Assembly (NCBI GenBank): GCA_963828395.1
Contig: CAWHED010000006.1
Location: 216,275 to 280,274 of the forward strand
Direction of reading: 5' to 3'
Source: an uncultured Bacteroidales bacterium
GTDB taxonomy: Bacteria > Bacteroidota > Bacteroidia > Bacteroidales > VadinHA17
Length of the DNA stretch: 64,000 bases
The notes beneath the pieces are model-generated. The model was not told the DNA's origin, searched no databases, and saw nothing but the letters and a program-made list of their open reading frames with translations. Shown here in pieces: positions 39,647 to 50,300 of this stretch (the first letter of the stretch is position 1; every line of letters starts with the position of its first letter). The translations under genes were made by a program, and so were the position numbers.

Positions 39647-40852
39647 ATGGAACGTACATCATTTGCCAGGTTAACTATTCTGGTTGCAACGGCGTTATTC
39701 ATAGTTCCGGTTAAAAACGCCGAAGCCATTCCGGCCTTTGCCCGAAAATACCAGATCAGCTGCCAGGTGTGTCACACACCGGCTATGCCCAGGTTAAAAG
39801 CCTTTGGCGCTGAATTCGCCAACAACGGCTTCAGAATGACTGAGTACCAATCACCAAGATACTTTGTCGAAACGGGTGACGACAGGCTTTCTCTTTTCAG
39901 AGAGTTTCCACTGGCTATCAGACTGGAAGGGTATACAACCCTGAATTTCGAAAACGAAGGAACAGTTGATTTTGCCGCTCCCTTTGTAGTAAAGGTTCTT
40001 TCAGGAGGCGAACTCACTGATAAGCTATCGTACTATTTTTATTTTCTGATGAATGAAACAGGAACAGTAGTTGGTCTTGAGGATGCTTTCATGATGTATC
40101 ATGACTTTCTGGGTGCCGGCATAAATTTGTTTATCGGACAGTTCCAGGTTTCAGACCCTCTTTTCAAGGGGGAATTGCGGCTTACCCTTGAACCATATCA
40201 GATTTATGCCACCAGGCCGGAAAACTCGTCGGTTGACCTTAAGTATGACCGGGGAATAATGTTCGACAAGTCATTCAAGACGGGAACAACACTTGTCGGG
40301 GAAATAGTGAATGGCAGCGGACTGGATCCGGCATGGGGTGAATTCCTTTTTGATAAGGATAAATTCAAGAATTTTATGCTGAGGATAAGCCAGTCTATCG
40401 GAAAAAGAATATCAGTCGGCTTCTTTGGGTATACGGGGAAAGAGGAAATAAGTGACGATATTACAACCCCATACATAAGTGAGATGAAAATGTATGGCCC
40501 CGATGTGGCAATTGACATTGACCAGAAGCTGATGATAAATATGCAGTATGTCTGGAGGACAGATTCTGAAGTCTATAATTCAATTGAAGAGGAAACGCTT
40601 AATGATGTGGCCACTAAGGGAGGGTTTGTTGAGATTATCTATGCACCCAAAGGGGATATGAGCAAGTGGTACGTGACAGGACTTTTAAACCTTGTTGATT
40701 CGCAGATTGATGATCTTGATTATCAGGCTGGCACGGTTCATTTCGGCTACCTGCTGCGCCGCAATGTGAGGGTTGTGGCAGAAGGAACCTACATATTCTC
40801 AGGCGCCAGTCCGTACGCAAAAGCCAGCGCGGGGTTTGTGTCGGCATTCTGA
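39647..40852 (+). CDS. Cyc2-type fused monoheme cytochrome c - porin
   Basis: Signal peptide, then AIPAFARKY-x3-CQVCH-x4-PRL (Cyc2 N-terminal signature), then an amphipathic beta-strand region ending in Phe. Confidence 0.8.
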   Translation: MERTSFARLTILVATALFIVPVKNAEAIPAFARKYQISCQVCHTPAMPRLKAFGAEFANNGFRMTEYQSPRYFVETGDDRLSLFREFPLAIRLEGYTTLNFENEGTVDFAAPFVVKVLSGGELTDKLSYYFYFLMNETGTVVGLEDAFMMYHDFLGAGINLFIGQFQVSDPLFKGELRLTLEPYQIYATRPENSSVDLKYDRGIMFDKSFKTGTTLVGEIVNGSGLDPAWGEFLFDKDKFKNFMLRISQSIGKRISVGFFGYTGKEEISDDITTPYISEMKMYGPDVAIDIDQKLMINMQYVWRTDSEVYNSIEEETLNDVATKGGFVEIIYAPKGDMSKWYVTGLLNLVDSQIDDLDYQAGTVHFGYLLRRNVRVVAEGTYIFSGASPYAKASAGFVSAF

Positions 40853-41074
40853 TATTATTTGATCATCTACGAAGATCAAATTATTCTTCGCATTCTTTTG
40901 CTACAATAATCAGATCATCTACGATGATCATTTACACAGTACAATGATGGTCGTAGACCATCAAATTATTGTAGTAACCGTATTAGTACAATATACGATG
41001 GTCGTAGACCATCAAATTATTGTAGTAGTAGTATCAGTAAAATGATGGTCGTAGACCATCAAATTATTGTAGTA
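40853..41074. repeat. Cluster of five REP-like palindromic repeats (BIME/REPIN-like)
   Basis: GATGGTCGTAGACCATCAAATTATTGTAGTA at 40946, 40997 and 41044; inverted variants near 40855 and 40901. Confidence 0.85.
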
Positions 41075-42289
41075 GTAGCAGAATTGCCTAGGAAGGGCTC
41101 AACAGCGCGGTCGAATATTCCATGCATATAGGCAATGGCCATGCCATAGTTAGTTATCGGGATATCATGTTTTTTTGGGTCGCGAAGCCGGTTCACGAGC
41201 TGGCGGTGGGTCACCATGCATCCGCCACACTGGATGACAAGGGCATATTCTTCTATCAGGCGGGGAACTGCATCCAGTCCTGCCACGTTGTCAAACTTCA
41301 GCTTTTTGCCGGTGAAATTTGTCAGCCACCGGGGGATCTTCACCCTGCCGATATCGTCACATGAGACATTATGCGTGCATGATTCAAGAAGCAATACCCG
41401 GTCACCGTCCTTCAACCTGCTTATTTTGGGTGTTCCTTTCAGGTACTCTTCAAAATCGCCTTTCTGCCTGGCCAGCACGATGCTGAAGCCTGTCAGGGGG
41501 ATGTCACGGGGTATAGCGGCATTTACCTTACCGAATGCCTGGCTGTCAGTTACAACCAGTCGCGGTTTTATTCCGGTTTTGTTAAGGAAGGATTCTATCT
41601 CATTTTCCTTAAGTATAATGGCTGTACAGTCGTTGTCAAGCGTATCTCTTATTACCTGCATCTGGGGCAGTATCATCCTTCCTTCCGGGGCCTCGATATC
41701 AATGGGAGTCACCAGCAGGACAATATCTCCCGGACTTACAAGGTCACCGATGAGCCCCTGACTTTTCAGAGCCGATGCCGGCATGTTTTCCTTCAGTGCA
41801 CTGATCAGTTCCGGGTTATATATTTCGGAATGCACTGCAGAGTATTCCAGAACGTCATGATCAGTCTGACTTCTGACGGCCATCCTGAAAGATTCTGTCA
41901 CAGGAGACAGGTCACTCTTATTGTGCACAATGATGTAAGGGAGGTCAATGTCATTAAAACCTGCGATCAGATCAGTTTCATAATCGCCAAGCTGATTGTC
42001 TGATACGACCAGGATGGCAAAGTCTATCAGTTTAATGGCTGCCAACGACTTTCCGGTTCTGAGTTTTCCGAGCTCCCCGCTGTCATCAATTCCTGCCGTA
42101 TCAATAAAGATAATCGGTCCGATGCCGTGCAGCTCAACGCTCTTTTTAACCGGGTCAGTTGTTGTGCCGGCGACTTCGGATACGATGGCTATATCCTGTC
42201 CCACCAGGGCATTTATCAGTGAGCTTTTACCGACATTACTGCCGGCCAAATATTCCTACATGTGCCTTGCCTTCTCTTCCCTTTGACAT
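41059..42289 (-). CDS. hydF: [FeFe]-hydrogenase H-cluster maturation GTPase; frameshift in the P-loop near 42243
   Basis: MSKGREGKAHVGIFGR|SNVGKSS, GTTTDPV, DTAG, NKSD, ESCTH..DDIG, QCGGC. Confidence 0.9.
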
Positions 42290-42321
42290 AAAACAGCTTA
42301 ATTAATTCCAGGGTAAAATAA

Positions 42322-43511
42322 TCATTCTTCTTCGGATACCGGAGGTGTCAGCTTGCGTATCTGCGTTTCGGTATTTATCTCTTCGCTTTTCTTTTGCAGC
42401 TCATCAATGGAGATGATCTTTGCCCGTTTTTCAGTCGGCGGGTTCAGCTTCTCTGACTTTTCAAATTCAATGACCTGCTTCTGGAGGTCCTCCGGCAGGT
42501 CTTTCTGGCTCTTCAGGACAATATCAATGAATTCATTGGAGAAGTACTGATCGACCTGTATCCTTCGCTTGGCAGTATGGGCGAACTTTCCTATGATGCG
42601 GCAGATACTGTCACGGTCCTCGGGACTGAGTTTGTCGGCAAGATCATATTCCTCTATTTTTTTCAGGGAGAGGATAACCGGCTCAAGTGAATCTCTTGTG
42701 ATGACAAAGACGTCATAATCGCCCATCCTGTACGTAAGCTGTTTCAGTACATGGATGGTGTTGGTAGGCACAACGAGGAAAATTGATTTCTTGACATTTT
42801 CCTGGCTTGCGTACTTTTTTACGTTTTCCGTCTGGCTCTTTATGTATAGCGGAAAGTTTGTAAGGTCATCATTGGCAGGGCTCTTGGCATCGAAAATGAT
42901 ATATTCGCCACTTATTTCGATGGTGTTGTCAGGATTACCCCTGAACGGCACCGTATCGACATAGTTTACATGGTTAATGTCGCAGATCCTGATGACGGTG
43001 TTTTTAACATCAGTCTCGTGCTCAGACCATTGCCTTCTTCATGTTCTCAAGCCGCTCGGCTGCTTCCCTGACCTCTTTCGTCATTAAGTCTCTTGCGTTC
43101 CGCTTCGAGGCTCTCCTTGGTCTGATTTAGGCGGGCTATATTTTCGTTATAGTTTTTGAAATTATCCTCCTTGGAGGCTTCGAAAGCTGAATTCTTTTTA
43201 GTCAGCTCATTGATGGTTCCGGAATGCTCCCTTATCCGGGCACTGAGCTCTTCCACCTGCGCATCCTTCCGGGCTGAAAGCAGTTCGATATCCCTTATCT
43301 TCTGGGTAATACTGTCATTTCGGGTGGATATTTCAGTGATACGGTTCCTGAGTTTTTCGATGTTTTCCCTGTTGCTCTCCATATCTCTTGACAGAGCCCT
43401 GAATTCCTCATAGGCATCGAAGCTGAGGTTCCTGATCTTCCTCCACCTGAAGAGCCTCTGCCACCAGTTTAAGTCTTTGATCTGCGCAAAAAAGAGATTG
43501 AGTTTTTCCAT
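42322..43511 (-). CDS. Coiled-coil protein with C-terminal PD-(D/E)xK nuclease-like domain (RmuC/DUF2130-like); frameshifted near 43035-43075
   Basis: ORFs 43047..43511 and 42322..42951 join after removing two single bases; PDNTI...IFDAKS motif. Confidence 0.6.
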
Positions 43512-43548
43512 AGATGTAATGCCGGGGTAAAATTAGGAATAATAGGCC

Positions 43549-43630
43549 AAAGACAAAAGATAAAAAATAAAGACAAAAGTATAGCTCAATATGGCACGAC
43601 TTTTATCTTGTGACTTTTGTCTTTTGTCTT
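43549..43630. repeat. Inverted pair of heptamer arrays (AAAAGAC)n / (GTCTTTT)n
   Basis: Directly visible; could form a long imperfect hairpin. Confidence 0.75.
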
Positions 43631-43665
43631 GAAGGATATTAGGAACTATGCTCTGAGCCCTGTGC

Positions 43666-44172
43666 CTATCTGAGCCTTTTCAGAGACACAAACCATACTG
43701 TCTCCAGCCGCTGCTCTGATATCTTGCCATTCTTCTTCGTGAGCAGAATGAGTTCCTGCACTGTTGCCGGATTACCTACCGGCATGACGAGTCTTCCGCC
43801 ATCGGCAAGCTGGTCCTTAAGAGGCTGGGGTATACGATCCGCTGCTGCAGTAACGATAATTATATCAAACGGAGCATGTTCAGGCCAACCTTTGTATCCG
43901 TCGCCATATTTTGTCACGATATTCTGATATCCGAGTATCTTCAGCCTTACGGCTGCTTCTTTCGCCAGCTCAGGGACAATCTCAATGGTATAAACAGTAT
44001 CGACTATTTCGGCCAGGACCGCTGCCTGGTATCCTGATCCGGTGCCAATCTCAAGGGCTTTCTTTACCTTTGGCAGGCTTAACCAGCTCTGTCATGTAAG
44101 CAACAACGAAGGGCTGCGAAATGGTCTGGCTGTAACCGATCGGCAGGGGCTAGTCACTATAGGCTTCCTTTG
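43666..44172 (-). pseudogene. pcm: Protein-L-isoaspartate O-methyltransferase, 5'-truncated, with an in-frame TAG and a frameshift
   Basis: KEAYSD*PLPIGYSQTISQPFVVAYM, LEIGTGSGYQAA, GDGYKGWPEHAPFD; no N-terminus or start codon. Confidence 0.8.
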
Positions 44173-46413
44173 ATGAATGTATATGTATACTTAAGCAGCA
44201 CAGTCCTGTCCTGAAGAAAATGGCAGCCTGTATGGAAGTTCTGCCCGTTCCTGAGGGTCGAGATTGAATTCATTCCCTCATCATAGACTATGTAGAAATC
44301 ATTGCCCTCACGCGGGTTGTACCTGAACCGGAGATTAGTCACAACCTTATCTATTGCTGTATTATATTGAATATAAGCAGATAAGGAGGTTTTTGTGGTC
44401 ATTGTCAGCAGTCCTCTGACCCCCAGGATATGGTTAATAAAACGCATTGTACCCGAAGAGAGATTTACATAATCGAGATAATATGTGAGCCCGAGATCAA
44501 AACCGGCACCGATACTCAGTTTCGGTAGTGCAGAAAAAGAAAGCTTCCATCCGTCGTAGAATCTGCCTGCTTCCCCTGATAGTTCATAGGATAGTGGATG
44601 AGCGACTGATGAGCCGTATATGGCACTCAGATAACCAAATGAATATCTTCCGGGCGCAACTGAAGCCTGGTCATTTCCAAGTATAAGGGTATCGGCAAGA
44701 TCTTCAAGAAACCAATTAGCTGCGATGTTTCCATAGAATCCTTTCTTCGCCTCGAAATGCCATTTCAGTATTCCGCTTGTAGTCTCGTGAAGGCCGGTTA
44801 AAGTATTCCAGAAATCGTATGCTGTCAGTCGAAATTGTATGATACCTTAAAAAAGTCTCTCTCTCAGGCAGCCATCCGTACTGCAAAATTGTTCTTACTC
44901 CCTGGTAATTGTCTTTTACTTCAAATCCAACTCCGGGATTAAAACTTTTGCCGGACCAAGTATAGACAAGATCATAACCAAATCCTTTTATTTTCCTCCG
45001 CTGCCACTCAAATAAGAACCTCGAAGGTGCCAGATCGAAAACCCTGTTGACAGAATCCTGTTCAAACGTCTGCGCCCATTTAACAGTCAGAAATTCGTCA
45101 CCGATTACCCTGAACTGTCCGTCAAGTCCGTAAGCGATATTATAACTACCGTTCATTCCAAGTCGGCTTGTGATCATCCCGCCGACATATGAGTTCTGGT
45201 TGAAGACATTTCTTTTTGTTCTGAATATCCCGAAGTTTTCTGATGGATTTTCCTCAAAGGATGCTGTCTGCATATCGAGAAGACCAATATCCCATTTATT
45301 AATTCTTCCTGTCATTCTGACTCCGCCGTAGATCCTGACGGGATTTCCGTCATAGAGTCCTATTCTGCGGCTGTAGAACAAGTTGTTGCCGCCAAGGAAT
45401 GAGAAATCAAAAACATCGGCTTTTTCCTGGAAGAAGACTCTCTTTTCAGGAAAGTAAAGCGAGTACCTGGTCAGGTTAATTTTCTGATCGTCTGCTTCAA
45501 CCTGTGCAAAATCAGTGTTGACAGTAAGATCAACAGTAAGGTTGTTTGTTACGCTGTACTTTGCATCGAATCCGGCATCGAATTTAAATTTTGAAGTCAT
45601 CTCATATTCTGTTCCTGCATCATTAAGTTCGTTAACCTGGCCGATACCGCCTGTGATATATGGTGTCAGGTAAAAAGGCTTTTCGGGCATCAGGCCGGTG
45701 AATTCCATCACTGAGGTGATTGATGGTTTCCAGATGGCATTGGCAACCTCCGGGGAAATTGCAGGAAAACTTACCATCTCAGCTTTTACGGGCGGTAATT
45801 ACGAGACAGTTATTCCCATCAAGGTTTTATTTTCCTTTACCTGGAACCTGAGGCTTGAAAACGGAATTCTGATCTCGGCTGACCAGCCATTGTCATCAAT
45901 AACCGACATCGCATCCCAGAATGTGTTCCAGCTGAAACTCATGTCAGTATTCTGATCTGCCATATCATTCTGGAGAGTTCCCTCGGTACGTAACCCGTTG
46001 GGATTGGTCCAGAACATCACTGCATTCTGCCTGTCATTGAAAGTATCAATAATAATCCCGAGCCAGTCGCATTTAGCATTGGAATAATCCCGTTTTTTAC
46101 TGAAAGCTCTCAGGTCACCCGGGTTTTTATAGTCAAATACACCGGAGAAATAAAAATAGTCGTCATCATATGCGATCTTAATAACAGATCTTTCAGTCGG
46201 CTCATTTCCAAATACGGGGATATACATAACCATGGGTAAAGCCCGAATTGCCTCCCAGGCCTCTTCATCCGGTACTCCGTCGAAATTTATTGCGCCTGAC
46301 AACCTTGTTACTGCCATCGGTTCCTGAGACCAAAGATTAAGCGATACCAGTAAAAGAAAACAAGGTAAAAGCCTATGTGGCAAGAGTGAACCTGTTCCGG
46401 TGATTTTTTTCAT
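44157..46413 (-). CDS. CBM9-like/DUF5916 outer-membrane protein; several frameshifts
   Basis: DG..DE..W, W.AEIRIPFSSLRF, NTDFAQVEAD, FPEKRVFFQE, FYSRRIG, C-terminal LLKYTYTF, spread over several ORF pieces. Confidence 0.8.
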
Positions 46414-46548
46414 TGCCTTACCTCTACGGCTAAATCATATTGGCAGTCAAAAGCTTAGTCTGAAAGTGGAGGATAGTAAATTTAGCCCAAAATGAAACAG
46501 GAGTCAAGTTTTTTATTTTTAGGTCTTAGCCCGGATTCTCCGGTACCC

Positions 46549-46584
46549 ACTATTGCCTATTACCTATTGCCTTTTGCCTTTTTA
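46549..46584. repeat. Heptamer array (CTATTGC)n, degenerate
   Basis: ctattgc ctattac ctattgc cttttgc cttttt just upstream of cobB. Confidence 0.7.
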
Positions 46585-46597
46585 TTATATTCACATC

Positions 46598-47290
46598 ATG
46601 AAGAAACTGGTAATACTTACCGGCGCTGGCATGAGCGCCGATAGCGGTATAAAGACCTTCCGCGACAGCGGCGGACTGTGGGAGCAGTACCGTGTTGAAG
46701 ATGTGGCGTCTATTGATGCATGGCATCGCAATCCCGACCTGGTGCAATGGTTCTACAATGAGCGGCGCAGGCAGCTGGCAACGGCGATACCGAATGAAGG
46801 TCATAAAGGGCTGGCGGCCCTTGAAAAGGATTTTGACGTGCACATCATTACCCAGAACGTTGATAACCTTCACGAGCGCGGAGGCAGCACGAAGGTACTC
46901 CATCTTCACGGTCAGCTGACACAGGCGCGGAGCAGCATCAATCCGGATCTGGTTGCTGATATCGGATACCGTGATATTCTTCCCGGAGAGATAGCCCCGG
47001 ACGGGTCGCGGCTTAGGCCGAACATTGTATGGTTCGGTGAGGCTGTGCCTGCTATGGAAGAGGCTGCGGAGATAGCTTCGGGCGCAGAAATATTCGCTGT
47101 AATTGGCACATCACTTAATGTTTATCCGGCGGCCGGGTTGATCCATTACGTTTCTATGATGACTCCGGTGTTTCTCATCGATCCGAAACCGGTGCAGGTA
47201 CCTTCCATGCATGAGGTGGAATATATTCAGGAAGGGGCCGAGAGAGGAGTAGCTATACTGGTTGAAAGGTTGAGAGAGTTGAAGGGTTGA
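46598..47290 (+). CDS. cobB: NAD-dependent protein deacylase (sirtuin, class III)
   Basis: TGAGMSADSGIKTFRD, TQNVDNLHE, HLHG, RPNIVWFGE, GTSL.VYPAA. Confidence 0.95.
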   Translation: MKKLVILTGAGMSADSGIKTFRDSGGLWEQYRVEDVASIDAWHRNPDLVQWFYNERRRQLATAIPNEGHKGLAALEKDFDVHIITQNVDNLHERGGSTKVLHLHGQLTQARSSINPDLVADIGYRDILPGEIAPDGSRLRPNIVWFGEAVPAMEEAAEIASGAEIFAVIGTSLNVYPAAGLIHYVSMMTPVFLIDPKPVQVPSMHEVEYIQEGAERGVAILVERLRELKG

Positions 47291-47303
47291 GAAAGTTGAA
47301 GGG

Positions 47304-47738
47304 TTAAGTTTGGGTTGCCGGATTCGTAAGTTTAGTAATCCTGTCCCTGATTAGGGCCATTTTATCAAGACGGTCCAATGAAAGGGTTTTTTGCTGAAGG
47401 TCGATGAATTCGAACAGCAGAAGTGACTTCTCGGAATACTCAAGACAGCTATGCGGGTTACCCTGCGCATCGGCAAGCTCAGCCTCGGCATTGAACAGCT
47501 CGGCCAGGATCTCGAGATGACCGTTGGTGTAGTCATGCTTTTCGAGAAGCTCATGTGTCAGATCCTCTTTTGGTATTGACCTGAAGAACGCAGCATCCTC
47601 CTTCAGCATATCATAATATATGCGTTCAAGATTCTCAGTAGCCTGCTGAAAGTCCCCTTTCCTGACAAGCCCAAGGACAGAGGCGATCAGATCACCGAGC
47701 ATCTCAACCATGCGGAGGATGTAGTCTTTCTGGTACAT
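47304..47738 (-). CDS. Helical hypothetical protein (DUF6483-like)
   Basis: MYQKDYILRMVE N-terminus, all-helical TPR-like body. Confidence 0.65.
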   Translation of the reverse strand: MYQKDYILRMVEMLGDLIASVLGLVRKGDFQQATENLERIYYDMLKEDAAFFRSIPKEDLTHELLEKHDYTNGHLEILAELFNAEAELADAQGNPHSCLEYSEKSLLLFEFIDLQQKTLSLDRLDKMALIRDRITKLTNPATQT

Positions 47739-47859
47739 AAGATAAAGATAGTTGATAAGTTGATAAGTTGAGGGGTTGAAGGGTTATGCAAAACATGATA
47801 CGGTTGTGGAAATTTCCGGGCATTTTTACTAGATTGCGGCACCTTAAAATAAAATAAAA

Positions 47860-49426
47860 ATGAAGAAAGCCTTTCTCCCCGTTTTTCTGTTTTTGATCGC
47901 AGCAGGAGTATCAGCACAGCACAACAAGGTTACAGATCGAATTATTGAGATGGGCCGACTGATAACCGCACGATGCAACACCTTGATGTCATTGCAAATC
48001 GTTTCGGCGGAAGACTTGTTGGGTCTGATGCCTATGACAATGCTGCAGAATGGTGTGCTTCGGAGTTTAAAAAATGGGACATGGAAGTGATTATGGATGA
48101 AGCCGGGACTGTACCGGTAGGGTTCAATCGAGGTCCATGGTTCGGAAGAATGCTTTCAGACAACGGGATGATACTGCATTTTGCCACTCCGTCATACACT
48201 GCAGGCACAAAAGGCGTGCAGCGGGGGCATGTTCTCCTTGAACCAAATACCAGAGAGGAATTCGAGCGCATGAAAGGCGCTCTCAAAGGTGCATGGGTGC
48301 TGATAGGCGGTAAAAGCAACGGAATGGCTATTGACTGGTCGCTCAGCGCTGATTCGTCCCGGGCAAGGATCATCGCGGAGAACGATTCCGTCTCAAAGCT
48401 GAACCGTGAGATCATGAGGGAGAACTATTCCAATCGTGACAAACCACCGAAAGAACTTATTCCCCTGAAAGAAGAACCGGCACTCTTCTTCCGTGAGATG
48501 CGGGAGGCAGGCATACTGGGGATCATTCAGAAAGCTTCCGTGCCGATTTCAGCTCTTTATGACCGTAAGAACCTTGATAAGATAACTTTTGAGACACTGC
48601 CGACCGTATGTGATATCAAGCTTGACGAGCACCAGTATGCAGTCATCGAACAGATGGCAAAGGAGAGACAGTATTTCCTGCTGGAGTTTGACATACGCAA
48701 TCACTTTAAACCCGGTCCGGTCAAATATCACAATGTCATAGGAGTTATCCGTGGCACCAGGTATCCTGATGAATATGTGATGATGGGCGGCCACCTCGAT
48801 TCATACGATGCAGGTACCGGCGGTGTTGACGACGGCTCAGGCATCACACCTCACATGGAGGCGGCACGGCTGATCATGGCAGCAGGTGGAAAACCTGAAA
48901 GGACTATACTCGTATGCCTCTGGGCGGGAGAAGAATTCGGGCTGCTGGGCTCGAAGCACTGGGTAGAGAACAATAAGGAAAAACTGCCGAAAATATCGAA
49001 CTATTTCAATCGCGACGGAGGCCCGACAGTGGCTTCGGAGATAGTTGCTCCCGAAGCCATGTATGAGGATTTTGAGAAAGTGTGCAAGCCGCTGAACGGT
49101 ATCAATCCTGACTTTCCCTTTCAAACTGACAAAGCGCACCCAGCCGCCGCGCCCGAAGACCGACAAACGCGGGAGGATCAGATCATGCCCACTTTGCCAT
49201 GAACGGCGTGCCGACAATCAGGTTTGAAGCACCTGACAGCAAGGGATATAACTTTGACTACGGTGAGATATGGCATACCGAACGGGACACTTACGATAAG
49301 AGTATTGCCGAATACCAGGAGCATACCGCTGTCGTTACTGCGGTGGTCGTTTACGGACTTGCCAATCTTGATCATCTCCTTTCGAGAGAAGGACTTTACG
49401 CGGAAGAAGAGCCTGCAAAAAAGTGA
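47860..49426 (+). CDS. Secreted M28 family peptidase (carboxypeptidase Q-like); frameshifts near 47955 and 49120-49200
   Basis: Signal peptide; GGHLDS, DDGSG, GEEFGLLGS, WHTERDT over three ORF pieces. Confidence 0.85.
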
Positions 49427-49437
49427 GCCCAGAAAAT

Positions 49438-50157
49438 TTAAAGGGAAATGACCTCAGCCCTTAAACTTAAGGCGTCTATCTGGAGGAGGCGACCGTTGAG
49501 GGTTTCACCTGTTCCGGTGATGATCTTGATCACCTCGCATGCCTGTATGGCGCCTATTATGCCGGGCAGTACACCTATTACCCCGGGCGGATCGGTTTTA
49601 TTGTCGCCTGACATGTGAATCTCTTCGGGGAATAGATCCCTGTATGACGGCCCGCCCTTATAATTGAACACCGATGCCTGTCCCATGAACTGAAAGACAG
49701 CTCCGTATACCATTGGAATACCTGCACTGTAAGTGGCATCGCTGATCAGATACCGGGCCGCAAAGTTATCGCTGCAGTCAACAGCAATGTCATAACCGGC
49801 CAAGAGGTCCGGTGCGTTTTGCTCCGTGAGTTTTTCCGGGTATGACAGTACTTTTATCAGGGGGTTAAGATGGGAGATCCTTTTGGCTGCCGCTTCTGCC
49901 TTTATTTGCCCTATGTCACCGGTGGTGTAAAGCACCTGCCTCTGGAGATTGCTTACGCTGACAATATCAAAGTCGATGATGGCTATAGTGCCCACTCCGG
50001 ATGCAGCCAGGTACATAAGGACCGGTGAGCCAAGTCCGCCGGCTCCGATAACCATTACCCGGGCCATTTTAAGTTTTTCCTGTCCTGCCTCACCCAGGGC
50101 AGGTATGATAAGCTGCCGCTGATAACGTTCCAGATCTTCTTTTGTCAAAGCAGTCAT
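49438..50157 (-). CDS. HesA/MoeB/ThiF adenylyltransferase
   Basis: RYQRQ, GAGGLG, SNLQRQ, DCSDNF. Confidence 0.92.
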   Translation of the reverse strand: MTALTKEDLERYQRQLIIPALGEAGQEKLKMARVMVIGAGGLGSPVLMYLAASGVGTIAIIDFDIVSVSNLQRQVLYTTGDIGQIKAEAAAKRISHLNPLIKVLSYPEKLTEQNAPDLLAGYDIAVDCSDNFAARYLISDATYSAGIPMVYGAVFQFMGQASVFNYKGGPSYRDLFPEEIHMSGDNKTDPPGVIGVLPGIIGAIQACEVIKIITGTGETLNGRLLQIDALSLRAEVISL

Positions 50158-50300
50158 ACCTTCTTCTGATTACAACTGCTAACTTAAAAAATAAAACGGA
50201 ATAAGACTTCAAAATGCCTTACGGAGACTTATCAGGGGCAAAATGATTTATAAACGGTACAATTTTTGTACATTTTTATTATCACTCATACAGACCCTAT

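Noticed and set aside
40946-41074. Possible mini-CRISPR array (three identical 31-nt palindromic repeats)
   Set aside because: Spacers are only 20 and 16 nt and resemble each other, inverted copies are adjacent, the last repeat overlaps a CDS, and no cas genes are present
44150-44152. In-frame TAG in pcm as possible pyrrolysine or stop-codon reassignment
   Set aside because: The gene is also truncated and frameshifted, TAG serves as a normal stop elsewhere (e.g. 266, 28046), and no pyl genes are seen
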